From Cuniculiplasma divulgatum (GTDB lineage: Archaea; Thermoplasmatota; Thermoplasmata; Thermoplasmatales; Thermoplasmataceae): DNA of 32,000 nucleotides. Under the pieces are notes generated by a model that saw only the letters and a program-made list of their open reading frames with translations, did no database searches and was not told the DNA's origin. Positions 16,337-24,535 of this stretch are shown here, in pieces. The DNA is taken from positions 810,001 to 842,000 of the forward strand of contig NZ_LT671858.1 in assembly GCF_900083515.1 (NCBI RefSeq). The letters run 5' to 3'. Each line of letters begins with the position of its first letter. The stretch's first letter is position 1. The position numbers and the translations under genes are program-made.

Positions 16337-17416
16337 TTGTCTGACTACAACAAAGAGATAGCTGAAGGGTTTGAATTATTAACCCAGGGAGAATTCGAGA
16401 AAAGCCTTGAAAAATTCATTACAGCCATAGAGATTGATTCAACCAGGCCTGATGCCTTTTCACTGGCTTCAGAGGCATTTGCGCAAATTGGCGATATTGA
16501 GAATGCAAAATCTCACGCTGAGCAAGCGTATAAAATGGACTCTGGAAAACCAGAATACGTGCTTCAGTATGCCTCCATGCTTTATGCAACAGGTGATAGC
16601 GAGGAGAGCTTAAAACTCGCAAACGAGGCCCAGAAGAAGGGTGAAATGCCTGAGATACATCTTTTGAAAAGCAATATCTATATGGATATGGAGGAAGCCC
16701 AGAAAGCTTTAAAGGAAGCTAAAATAGCATTTGAAATGGATAAGAACCCCATATACAGGACAAATTATGCCATAGTTCTCAAGGAAAGCGGCAAGATAAA
16801 GGAATCGACTGAAATTCTTACTAAGATGATACAGGAAAAACCAGATGATCTGGATGCGCTTTACTTACTCTTCCAGAATGAACTGGCAGAAGAGCATCTA
16901 GATGAAGCAATGAACTATATTACAAAATGTATATCTCTTAATGATTCTGAGCCCCTGTTCTATTCAGAACTTGCCTCAATGATGGAAGATTTCGAAGATA
17001 ATGAAAAGGCTGAAAAATATTATAAAAAGGCATTGGAGGTCTCCGACAATGATCCAGAGATGGCAATGCAACTTGCAGAATTTTATCAGTCCATGGATAA
17101 ATTTCAGGAGGGAATTGATGTTCTGGAAGGGGCACATAGCGATGAAGATCCAGAGTATTTTTTAATGATGGGAAAACTTCTCCTTGGAAAGAAGGAATAC
17201 AACAAGGCCTTATCTCATCTGGACATAGTAATTGAAATGGCAGATGACCCAGAGGCTAAAATTGTAAAAGGGACCTGCTTGATGGAAATAAACAGGTTAA
17301 ATGATGCTCAATCCATTCTGAAGGAGGCACTAAAGCAAGATTTTCAAACCGAATATGTTGAGTCTTTGTTAAATCAGATCTGGTGGAAGGAGAATAGCAA
17401 GAAATTCAAACTATAA
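16337..17416 (+). CDS. TPR-repeat protein
   Basis: 359-aa acidic all-helical ORF with repeated ~34-aa A/Y/L patterns (e.g. AFSLASEAFAQIGDIENAKSHAEQAYKMD; EKAEKYYKKALEVSDNDPE). The start codon is TTG (16337) and no in-frame ATG is nearby, so the start is uncertain. Confidence 0.7.
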   Translation: MSDYNKEIAEGFELLTQGEFEKSLEKFITAIEIDSTRPDAFSLASEAFAQIGDIENAKSHAEQAYKMDSGKPEYVLQYASMLYATGDSEESLKLANEAQKKGEMPEIHLLKSNIYMDMEEAQKALKEAKIAFEMDKNPIYRTNYAIVLKESGKIKESTEILTKMIQEKPDDLDALYLLFQNELAEEHLDEAMNYITKCISLNDSEPLFYSELASMMEDFEDNEKAEKYYKKALEVSDNDPEMAMQLAEFYQSMDKFQEGIDVLEGAHSDEDPEYFLMMGKLLLGKKEYNKALSHLDIVIEMADDPEAKIVKGTCLMEINRLNDAQSILKEALKQDFQTEYVESLLNQIWWKENSKKFKL

Positions 17417-17732
17417 TCTCCAGCTCTTCCCCATTTATTTTAACTTCGTATGTTTTCAGCTTTGAACAATTTGCATAGTCTCCCATTGTTTTAGGAATAG
17501 GATTTTCAAGAACATCTCCATTATTTAGATTGAAAATGATATGATGGGAAGGACACATTATTCTATCATCAGAAAGGGTTCGACATAGAAACAAAGGCCC
17601 ACCTTTATGAGGGCATTTTGATTCAAACGCAAAGTATTTTCCATTCTGCTTTAGTATTGTAATATCTTCCCCGTCAAGTTGAACTCTTTTCCTGTCCTTG
17701 GAATCAAATCCATCATTATGTACACTTATCAT
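17406..17732 (-). CDS. Small soluble Rieske [2Fe-2S] ferredoxin-like protein
   Basis: The Rieske motif CPHKGGPLFLCRTLSDDRIMCPSHH (CxH-x17-CxxH) is present. The track ORF (to 17834) overlaps trxR by 98 nt. The internal ATG at 17732 lies 4 nt after the trxR stop (17737-17739) and gives a typical 108-aa Rieske protein. Confidence 0.8.
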   Translation of the reverse strand: MISVHNDGFDSKDRKRVQLDGEDITILKQNGKYFAFESKCPHKGGPLFLCRTLSDDRIMCPSHHIIFNLNNGDVLENPIPKTMGDYANCSKLKTYEVKINGEELEIIV

Positions 17733-17736
17733 ACTT

Positions 17737-18711
17737 TTAGAGAGAGATTTTTGATTTCTTATTAAGATCAACGAACTTCCAGTCACTTCTGACGGATCCC
17801 ATTCCCCGTTTCTTGTGAACGTAGTTAATTGCACTTAAAGCAGCTACAGAACCCTGTCCTGCTGATATGACTGCCTGTTTATAGGGGATATTTGTCACAT
17901 CTCCTGCAGCAAACACTCCCTCCCTACTTGTTTTTCCGTTCATGTCTATAATGACTTCATTTTCTTTGTTCATTTCCACAAATCCCTTCAGCATTCCTGT
18001 TTTGGCGATATATCCCATTTCAACAAAAACTGCCTTCACCGGGATCTGTTCAACAGAACCATCTTTTTTCTTTAATGACACTGCATTCACGGTCTTATCT
18101 CCAAGTATTTCATCCACTTCAGATTCATAAAGGAATTTTACGTTTTCCAGCGATCTTGCCTCTGCGATCATGTCCTCTGAACCTGAAATACGATTTGCCT
18201 TCTGAGTTACATAAACCTTAGAAGCTACAGTCCCAAGATATAGGGCTGCCTGCAGTGCGTGATCTCCTGCTCCAGCAACGAGAACATCCTTGTTTTTATA
18301 CAGTGGCCCATCGCAGATAGAGCAGTAGGAAACACCTCTTCCCTTATATTTCTCCTCTCCTTTACTACCAAGATCTCTCGGAGTTTTACCAAAGGCAAGT
18401 ATGAGTGCATCGCATTCATACTGCTCTTCTACACCTTTCAAGATGAACTGATTATCAGACTCAGTAACAGTTCTAATTTCATCATATGAAAATTCCGTAC
18501 CGTACATCTGAGCCTGTGCCTGAAATTTAGAAGCTAAGTCAAATCCTGAAATGCTCTCAAAACCTGGATAATTTTGGATGTCAGTTGTAAGCAATCCCTG
18601 CCCCCCTATATCTTTTGTAACCACAAGTGTCTTCATCCCCTGCCTTGATGAATATATGGCAGCGGATAACCCAGCAAAGGCACCACCTATTACAATAATA
18701 TCGTATTTCAT
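17737..18711 (-). CDS. trxB: Low-Mr flavoprotein thioredoxin reductase (non-canonical pyridine-nucleotide site)
   Basis: 324 aa. It has the FAD motif IIVIGGAFAGLSAA, the redox-active CSIC (nt 18313-18324) and the C-terminal GVFAAGDV...AGQGSVAA. The second dinucleotide site reads GAGDHA...TQKANR where NADPH-dependent enzymes have GGGNSA...HRRxxxR. Confidence 0.9.
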   Translation of the reverse strand: MKYDIIVIGGAFAGLSAAIYSSRQGMKTLVVTKDIGGQGLLTTDIQNYPGFESISGFDLASKFQAQAQMYGTEFSYDEIRTVTESDNQFILKGVEEQYECDALILAFGKTPRDLGSKGEEKYKGRGVSYCSICDGPLYKNKDVLVAGAGDHALQAALYLGTVASKVYVTQKANRISGSEDMIAEARSLENVKFLYESEVDEILGDKTVNAVSLKKKDGSVEQIPVKAVFVEMGYIAKTGMLKGFVEMNKENEVIIDMNGKTSREGVFAAGDVTNIPYKQAVISAGQGSVAALSAINYVHKKRGMGSVRSDWKFVDLNKKSKISL

Positions 18712-19122
18712 TCAGTTCAACAGCTTCTTGAGTTTAGCATCCAGCATTGTCTTTGGTACTGCACCTATGCTCACATCGGCTACCTTTCCGTTTTTGAACA
18801 TTATCACAGTTGGAATACTGGTGATATTGAAGGACGAACTTACTTCAGGGTTTGCGTCCACATCAACCTTTCCAAAAGAGATTTTGCCACTGTACTCATT
18901 GGCCAGTTCTTCAACTATGGGAGAGAGAAATCTGCATGGAGCACACCAGGATGCCCAGAAGTCCACTACCATAATTTTATTTTTCTTAACCTCATCATTG
19001 AAAGTTGCATCTGTTAATTCTACCGGTTTCATTACTTTTACCTCCTTTTTCTTATTCTCATCTTGAATTCTTGCCATTAACTTTTTCCTTATGTTTTCTA
19101 ATTCCAAATCGTCTTCTGACAT
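18712..19122 (-). CDS. trxA: Thioredoxin (with ~30-aa charged N-terminal extension)
   Basis: The active site is WASWCAPCR (WCxPC) in a typical Trx fold context. The stop codon directly abuts the trxR ATG with a 0-nt gap. The internal Met (MKPVELTD) would give a canonical-length Trx, so the start is uncertain. Confidence 0.9.
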   Translation of the reverse strand: MSEDDLELENIRKKLMARIQDENKKKEVKVMKPVELTDATFNDEVKKNKIMVVDFWASWCAPCRFLSPIVEELANEYSGKISFGKVDVDANPEVSSSFNITSIPTVIMFKNGKVADVSIGAVPKTMLDAKLKKLLN

Positions 19123-19166
19123 AATTGAATTCTACTGGATATTATACTGGAGTTAATCAATGTTAC

Positions 19167-19191
19167 GGTTTTGTCAAAAGCATACAAAACC
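19167..19191. promoter_or_regulatory. Perfect 8-bp inverted repeat GGTTTTGT-N9-ACAAAACC in the trx / regulator divergent spacer (candidate operator)
   Basis: Read directly: the left arm is at 19167-19174 and the right arm at 19184-19191. It abuts the TATA-like ATATATATAA (19192-19201), which sits about 28 nt upstream of ATG 19224. Confidence 0.35.
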
Positions 19192-19201
19192 ATATATATA
19201 A
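19192..19201 (+). promoter_or_regulatory. TATA-box-like element for the wHTH regulator gene (leaderless-type spacing)
   Basis: ATATATATAA is centred about 28 nt upstream of ATG 19224. No SD-like motif lies between the two. Confidence 0.3.
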
Positions 19202-19223
19202 CTCCATAATATCATAGTAAAGT

Positions 19224-19607
19224 ATGAAAATAACATCGAAATTGAATTCAGATATTGCATGCTGTTCCGATTTATTAGAGTCTGTTTTTAACTTTGGAAA
19301 AACAGATGTGGAGATATTTTACGCACTTACACCAGGGAAATGGTTCAGAATAGAAAAAATTTCAAAGGACATAAAAAAAGATCAAAGCACCGTTTACAGA
19401 TCCTTACAAAAGTTGATTAGCATGGGTTTTGTAATGAGGGATTCAAGAATTATTGAAAATGGCGGTTACTATTATGAATATGCACTATCAGTTTCTTCAA
19501 CGCTGGACAAGGTAATAAGAGAAAAAATCGATGAATTAACTGATCGTTTGAGAAGTCTTTCAAGAGACCTTATTAGGGAGTTGGAATCGAGAGAAATGAT
19601 ACAGTAA
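19224..19607 (+). CDS. Winged-helix transcriptional regulator (TrmB/ArsR-like) with C-terminal coiled coil
   Basis: 127 aa. It has a wHTH-like core (DVEIFYALTPGKWFRIEKISKDIKKDQSTVYRSLQKLISMGFVMR) and a C-terminal helix (KVIREKIDELTDRLRSLSRDLIRELE). It lies divergent from the trx operon across a 101-bp spacer. Confidence 0.6.
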   Translation: MKITSKLNSDIACCSDLLESVFNFGKTDVEIFYALTPGKWFRIEKISKDIKKDQSTVYRSLQKLISMGFVMRDSRIIENGGYYYEYALSVSSTLDKVIREKIDELTDRLRSLSRDLIRELESREMIQ

Positions 19608-19610
19608 TTC

Positions 19611-20567
19611 TTATCTTACCATTGATATAAATCTTTGAGCTTCTTCTACAATTCTTACTACTCTATATCCATCATTACCCGTTGCTATTTTGCTTTTTTC
19701 TCCCCTAGTATATTTTTCGAATTCTGCCACTTCCTCTGCATATAGGTTTCCTGTTTTGAATTCCTTTGTCGTTTCATCGTTAATTTCAATGGTTGCATTT
19801 AGAGTTGTACCGAAGAAATTTTTACATCTTATTTTCCTATCAGAAGTTAATAAAGTTAAATCATTTGAAAATCCCTCCATTTGTCTGGAAGATAAAGCCG
19901 TAGCAAATCCCTTTTCAAATTGCATATTTACAACCATTGATTCGTCAATTATTTTTTCTTCTGGCATTCTGAATGAAGTTACCTTCCTGGGGAATCTGTT
20001 ATGGAATGAAATCAGTGTATCAATGACGTGAACACCAGTCCCCATCACGGATCCACCACCTACTTTATCAGGCTCGTTCCACCATTTACTATCCGCAGTT
20101 TGTTCCCTTGGAATAGAAAGATGAGTCCATATACCTGATTCATAAATTATATCCTCATTTGGCTTTAGTAATTCACCTCTTATGTATTCAAGAGCTGGGT
20201 GCATTCTGAGGTGGAAACCAATGCCCAGTTTAACCTTTCTTTCTGTTGCAAGAGAAATGAGTTCTTTAGCATCAGCGGATCTTAGGGTCATCTGTTTTTC
20301 CAGTAAAACGTGTTTACTGTGATTTAATGCTTTTCGTGCATGTTCATAATGCATGAAATTCGGTGAACCGACATAGACAGCGTCAATATCATCGGAAAGC
20401 ATTTCACCATATGTGGAATAATACTTGCATGAAAATTTCTCAGCTGTTATGGCCCCTTTTTCCTTATTAGCTGTAGTAATTCCAGAAATTTCATTACCAC
20501 TTTCCAATATGGCAGGCATCATTCTGCTTATTGCATGATTACCGATACCGACTATCCCAAACCTCAT
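19611..20567 (-). CDS. Gfo/Idh/MocA-family NAD(P)-dependent oxidoreductase
   Basis: It has an N-terminal Rossmann motif MRFGIVGIGNHA and the EKQM/EKP-type motif (VLLEKQMTL). The size is typical at ~318 aa. The track start at 20573 is TTG, and the ATG at 20567 is preferred. Confidence 0.85.
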   Translation of the reverse strand: MRFGIVGIGNHAISRMMPAILESGNEISGITTANKEKGAITAEKFSCKYYSTYGEMLSDDIDAVYVGSPNFMHYEHARKALNHSKHVLLEKQMTLRSADAKELISLATERKVKLGIGFHLRMHPALEYIRGELLKPNEDIIYESGIWTHLSIPREQTADSKWWNEPDKVGGGSVMGTGVHVIDTLISFHNRFPRKVTSFRMPEEKIIDESMVVNMQFEKGFATALSSRQMEGFSNDLTLLTSDRKIRCKNFFGTTLNATIEINDETTKEFKTGNLYAEEVAEFEKYTRGEKSKIATGNDGYRVVRIVEEAQRFISMVR

Positions 20568-20668
20568 AATCAAATATGGTGAGTCTGTTAATAATATATT
20601 CTATTATCTTGTTGAATTTGTTCATCTTGTGTCAAATCTTTAAATATGCAAATTCGATATTATTCAGA

Positions 20669-21481
20669 ATGGCTAATCCCAAAAAAACAAACAGGCAAAA
20701 GGAAGAGGAATTAAGACTTTTAATCCAGAAAAGAAGGAGATTATTAACAACGGCAGTAACAATAGTGGTTGCTGTCATAGTAATTGTAGCAGTACTTATT
20801 TTTTCAGGGGTACTCAATTCATCATCCACCGGTACAGGTTCCACTGTAGTTCAAAGTGGAACTTTTATAAAGATTAGCAATTCAGACGTTTCTTCTGATG
20901 GAGGAGTGAACATATATTTCCTTTCATGGCAGGGTTGTCCCATTGGTGCTTCTGATAGCTGGATAATTTATAACTACGTTCACTCGCAAGACCCATCTCT
21001 GTCGAATTCAACTATCTATAAAGAGATGCATTTTAGTGACCCTGACGAATCACCAACCAACATACCAGGATTACTTTTTAATAATTTCTCATACACTCTT
21101 AGTGGAATAAATTACCATTTCCACGTAATCTATGTTTACGGAGAATATCTCCCACCAGATGGACCAAGTTCAGTAAGTCAGGGATCATCTGTACTAAAAG
21201 CAAACTTCCCATCCTCGGTATCATCCTTATTCCTTAAGTATGAAACACAGTACCCAACTTCTGGACTTAACGGTCAGGCAATAGCTAATTATGCAGGCCA
21301 CCTAACATCGAGTCTGATAATTACCGGCCCATCTGGAACATACTATGCCGAGGGAGAATTATACAATCCATCAACCATAGCCAACATACAACCAGGAGTG
21401 CTGATAAATGAATTATCACAATACTCTGGAATAACAGGAGGAACAAGTGAACTTGGTACTGCCATAAATTCCGTAATCTGA
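20669..21481 (+). CDS. Membrane-anchored DUF929-like (thioredoxin-fold-like) protein with degenerate CxxC
   Basis: From the ATG at 20669 the protein has a basic N-terminus (MANPKKTNRQKEEELRLLIQKRRR), one TM helix (TAVTIVVAVIVIVAVLIF) and a Ser/Thr linker. The block VNIYFLSWQGCPIGASDSWIIYNYV then follows; from memory it resembles the archaeal DUF929 'GAEWCPYCAAERWAL' region with the second Cys lost. The 31 upstream codons in the track ORF begin 3 nt from the divergent gene and are rejected. Confidence 0.5.
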   Translation: MANPKKTNRQKEEELRLLIQKRRRLLTTAVTIVVAVIVIVAVLIFSGVLNSSSTGTGSTVVQSGTFIKISNSDVSSDGGVNIYFLSWQGCPIGASDSWIIYNYVHSQDPSLSNSTIYKEMHFSDPDESPTNIPGLLFNNFSYTLSGINYHFHVIYVYGEYLPPDGPSSVSQGSSVLKANFPSSVSSLFLKYETQYPTSGLNGQAIANYAGHLTSSLIITGPSGTYYAEGELYNPSTIANIQPGVLINELSQYSGITGGTSELGTAINSVI

Positions 21482-21500
21482 ACAGTGTGAGAAGAAATAG

Positions 21501-22553
21501 ATGGATATTTATGCTGACTTTCATAATATAAAAAAAATCATTCTCTCCCTAACCATCCTCTTTTGTCTTCTTATAATGTGGCATTATGGCATAGTGGCAA
21601 TTTTTTATGTATTATTGTTTTCAATAGTTTTATCAGGCGTTATTGCAGTAATTTATTCTCTTTGGATGGATTCTAATTCGTATCACGAAGCCTCAGGTGT
21701 ATGGGTTTTTCCTTTCATCGCATATCTTTTTCTTCGGTTGGATTTTTCCCGAAACATAACAAATATGATCAAATTGATAGAAATACCATTTTTGTCAGAT
21801 TCTATAATATGGATTCTGGTTGGAATATTTATCATTAACTTTGTGATTCACCTGGAGCCTCATAATGCTATTCAGAATGATTCAGCAGATCAATATGAAT
21901 CCTATGGATACTGGTTATCCATTTCAACAATAATAGGAATGGGAATAACGATTATTCTATCAGGATTAACAAAAGGCTATATATTTATTCTTCCAGACAC
22001 ATACATGATTCCCATATTTTATGGTTCCATAATACTATCTTCACAATTTAGATTCCCAGTGACAGGTAGGAGAAGTATAAATGGGATAGTAATTATTCTT
22101 TTACTGTATTCTACTATGGCTATCTACGAAAATATTATAAAAGGGACATTTCCACCAATTATTCCCATATTAATAGAATTAATTTTACTAATATCATTCT
22201 TCTGGATGGCAATGAAACCTGAAGAAAGAGAAGGAAAATATACAGGTTCAGTAATATCTTATCCACATTATAGAATAAAATTCTTTCTAGTTGTCGTGTG
22301 GTTTCTCATACTTTATTTCACCATACCAAAGGAATATCAGTTAGTTGAATCTGTTCTCATATTTCCTCTAATATTCTTTTCAGAATTTATAGTTGATCTT
22401 TTCAAAGGAATAAGAGCATCATCACTTTCGGGAAAGGGGGGCATAATAGGAGGAGCTGGTCCCTTTGATAGTCTTTATTCAACATTTTCGTTCACTATAT
22501 TTGTATATCTTGTTTTTGAGATAATATTAATGAAGAAATTTTCAGGGATATAA
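21501..22553 (+). CDS. Polytopic integral membrane protein, unknown function
   Basis: 350-aa ORF that is strongly hydrophobic with about 9-10 TM segments. It starts 19 nt after the DUF929-like gene on the same strand. I recognise no family. Confidence 0.6.
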   Translation: MDIYADFHNIKKIILSLTILFCLLIMWHYGIVAIFYVLLFSIVLSGVIAVIYSLWMDSNSYHEASGVWVFPFIAYLFLRLDFSRNITNMIKLIEIPFLSDSIIWILVGIFIINFVIHLEPHNAIQNDSADQYESYGYWLSISTIIGMGITIILSGLTKGYIFILPDTYMIPIFYGSIILSSQFRFPVTGRRSINGIVIILLLYSTMAIYENIIKGTFPPIIPILIELILLISFFWMAMKPEEREGKYTGSVISYPHYRIKFFLVVVWFLILYFTIPKEYQLVESVLIFPLIFFSEFIVDLFKGIRASSLSGKGGIIGGAGPFDSLYSTFSFTIFVYLVFEIILMKKFSGI

Positions 22554-22657
22554 TCTTGAGACGTTCTTTGAATCACACCAAAGTTCTTGCACATTTGGAT
22601 TTCCCTAATATAGTCATTTGGAGTTTAATAATCATAACCTATCACTTATACAAAATG

Positions 22658-24487
22658 TTATGACTTCTCCATTCTCTGGGCATCTTTAATTCTCCTGATC
22701 TCCATGTTATAAGCTTCTGCCACTTCAACAAGCGTCAGTGTTCCGACAACAATACTAGGTGAACTTTCGTTATAAACGATAAGTTTCCCGGAAGGTTCTT
22801 TTGTAAGCTTATTCAAAGCATTATGTAAGTTATCATCACTTTTTATGAGTGGAGGATCTTTCTGCATTACGCTTTCAATTTTCTCATCATAATTAGCATT
22901 TACCGGGATATCCTCAATGGAAAGGTATCCTTCAAGCCTACCATCGTCTTCAACGACAATTCCCTTCGTTCTGCTTTCTCTTATCATGTTGATTCCAGAT
23001 CTCAAAGATTCATTCTTACTTATCTTGAGATAATCTTTCTTCATGGCAGTATAAACTGGAATATCGTCCATAATTGGATTTTTATATTCATCTTCATGAG
23101 CAGGTGATTTACTTCTGTCCAAAACCTGAGACCGATAAATAGAAAGATTTCCACTAACAAAGTAACTTACAGTAGTCGCAAGCATTAATGGGATAAATAG
23201 AGCATAAGATCCTGTCATTTCAGTTCCCATTATTATGATTGCAATTGGAGCTTTGGACGCTCCTCCAAACATAGAAATCATTGATACTATTATAATTTCA
23301 TCCATGCTAAGATAGGGGAAGATAACTCTTAGGGGAATTGCGATTGCAGCGCCCAGAAATGCGCCTATAACCAATCCTGGAGCGAATACACCTCCAGAAC
23401 CTTCAGATCCAATGGTGAATGAAGTTGCTACGGTTTTTAAGAAAAAAAGTGTAATAAATATCAGGAATAAATCAAGGTATCCAGATCCGAAAAGAGTCAT
23501 ATTTCCATCAAGCATCTGCTGTACCCAGCCATACCCTAATCCGAGTATTTGTGGAAAGAAAATCGCTATAATCCCAACTACTGCTCCGCCAATTGCGGGT
23601 TTTGCGTATGGTGTTATCTTTTTGGATATTTCAAAAATTCTGCTTATCCCGTAAAATACCTTAATGTACATTATTGCGGACAAACCTGCTAAAAATCCTA
23701 TTATAAGATAGGCGAAAAGAGACAGTGGATGAAAGAAGCCAATTACTGTTGATGTAGGAATTAGAAATATTGTCTTATATCCTGTGTAATAACCAAAAAT
23801 GGAATATCCAACAACTGACGCTATTGTAGAGGGTATTAAAGCTTCCGTTTCGAAATCCCTCTTATATAGGATTTCAGTACTGAGAATAGCACCTCCCAGT
23901 GGAGCCAGAAATATACTCCCAATACCCGCTCCAATTCCCGAAGCTACTGCGATACGCCGATCATGTTCATCCAGATGAAACATATCCGCCAGGAACGAAC
24001 CGAAACCAGCAGCAATTTGTGCTGTTGGGCCTTCTCTTCCAGCACTTCCTCCTGATCCTATTGTTATGGCAGATGCGACAGTCTTTACCAGAGGTATTCT
24101 TCTTCTAATTTTTCCTCCGTTATTATGAAAAGCACTTATTGCCGCATCAGTTCCATGTCCTTTTGCTTCAGGAGCAGTTTTGTTTAGTATAATACCTACA
24201 AGAATCCCACCTATAACTAGTGAAATGGGTATGAATAAGTAGTGAATATTGGGCGAATATTTATAAAAAGAAGTCCCTGCAAGCAATCCTGATCTGGGAG
24301 GTGAGAAACCAGTCAATCCAGTTAGAAGGTAAGTGGTTACCAGTTCTATTGAGATGTACAAGGCAATAGCACCCAGACCAGCTATTATTCCAATCAAAGT
24401 ACCCATCAAAGCCCATTTACCTGTTGCTGTGGACATCATCTTTTTGTAAAGACGTGAGGCAACCGGAAAATGACTATGTGATAACAT
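22658..24487 (-). CDS. ClC-family chloride channel / H+-Cl- exchanger with C-terminal tandem CBS domains
   Basis: ClC selectivity motifs are present: GSGGSAGREGP, GIGSIFLAPLGG and GSEGSGGVFAPGL. The C-terminal ~140 aa has a CBS-pair pattern (IPVYTAMKKDYLKI...GIVVEDDGRLEGYLSIEDI...). An alternative start lies at the internal MMST. Confidence 0.92.
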   Translation of the reverse strand: MLSHSHFPVASRLYKKMMSTATGKWALMGTLIGIIAGLGAIALYISIELVTTYLLTGLTGFSPPRSGLLAGTSFYKYSPNIHYLFIPISLVIGGILVGIILNKTAPEAKGHGTDAAISAFHNNGGKIRRRIPLVKTVASAITIGSGGSAGREGPTAQIAAGFGSFLADMFHLDEHDRRIAVASGIGAGIGSIFLAPLGGAILSTEILYKRDFETEALIPSTIASVVGYSIFGYYTGYKTIFLIPTSTVIGFFHPLSLFAYLIIGFLAGLSAIMYIKVFYGISRIFEISKKITPYAKPAIGGAVVGIIAIFFPQILGLGYGWVQQMLDGNMTLFGSGYLDLFLIFITLFFLKTVATSFTIGSEGSGGVFAPGLVIGAFLGAAIAIPLRVIFPYLSMDEIIIVSMISMFGGASKAPIAIIIMGTEMTGSYALFIPLMLATTVSYFVSGNLSIYRSQVLDRSKSPAHEDEYKNPIMDDIPVYTAMKKDYLKISKNESLRSGINMIRESRTKGIVVEDDGRLEGYLSIEDIPVNANYDEKIESVMQKDPPLIKSDDNLHNALNKLTKEPSGKLIVYNESSPSIVVGTLTLVEVAEAYNMEIRRIKDAQRMEKS

Positions 24488-24535
24488 TGTTTTTCGGTAG
24501 TAAATTATTAATAAATACCTTTACTCAAAAAATCA

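Noticed and set aside
17733-17834. 34-codon N-terminal extension of the Rieske ORF that overlaps trxR by 98 nt
   Set aside because: The internal ATG at 17732 sits 4 nt after the trxR stop and gives a canonical ~108-aa Rieske protein. The extension has no Rieske-family counterpart.
18578-19066. 162-aa plus-strand ORF
   Set aside because: It is entirely antisense to the well-supported trx and trxR genes. The translation is low-complexity (S/F/T-rich) with no motifs, which is typical of a shadow ORF.
20576-20668. 31-codon N-terminal extension of the DUF929-like ORF
   Set aside because: It would start 3 nt from the divergent oxidoreductase ORF, leaving no promoter space. The ATG at 20669 gives the typical basic N-terminus followed by a TM anchor.
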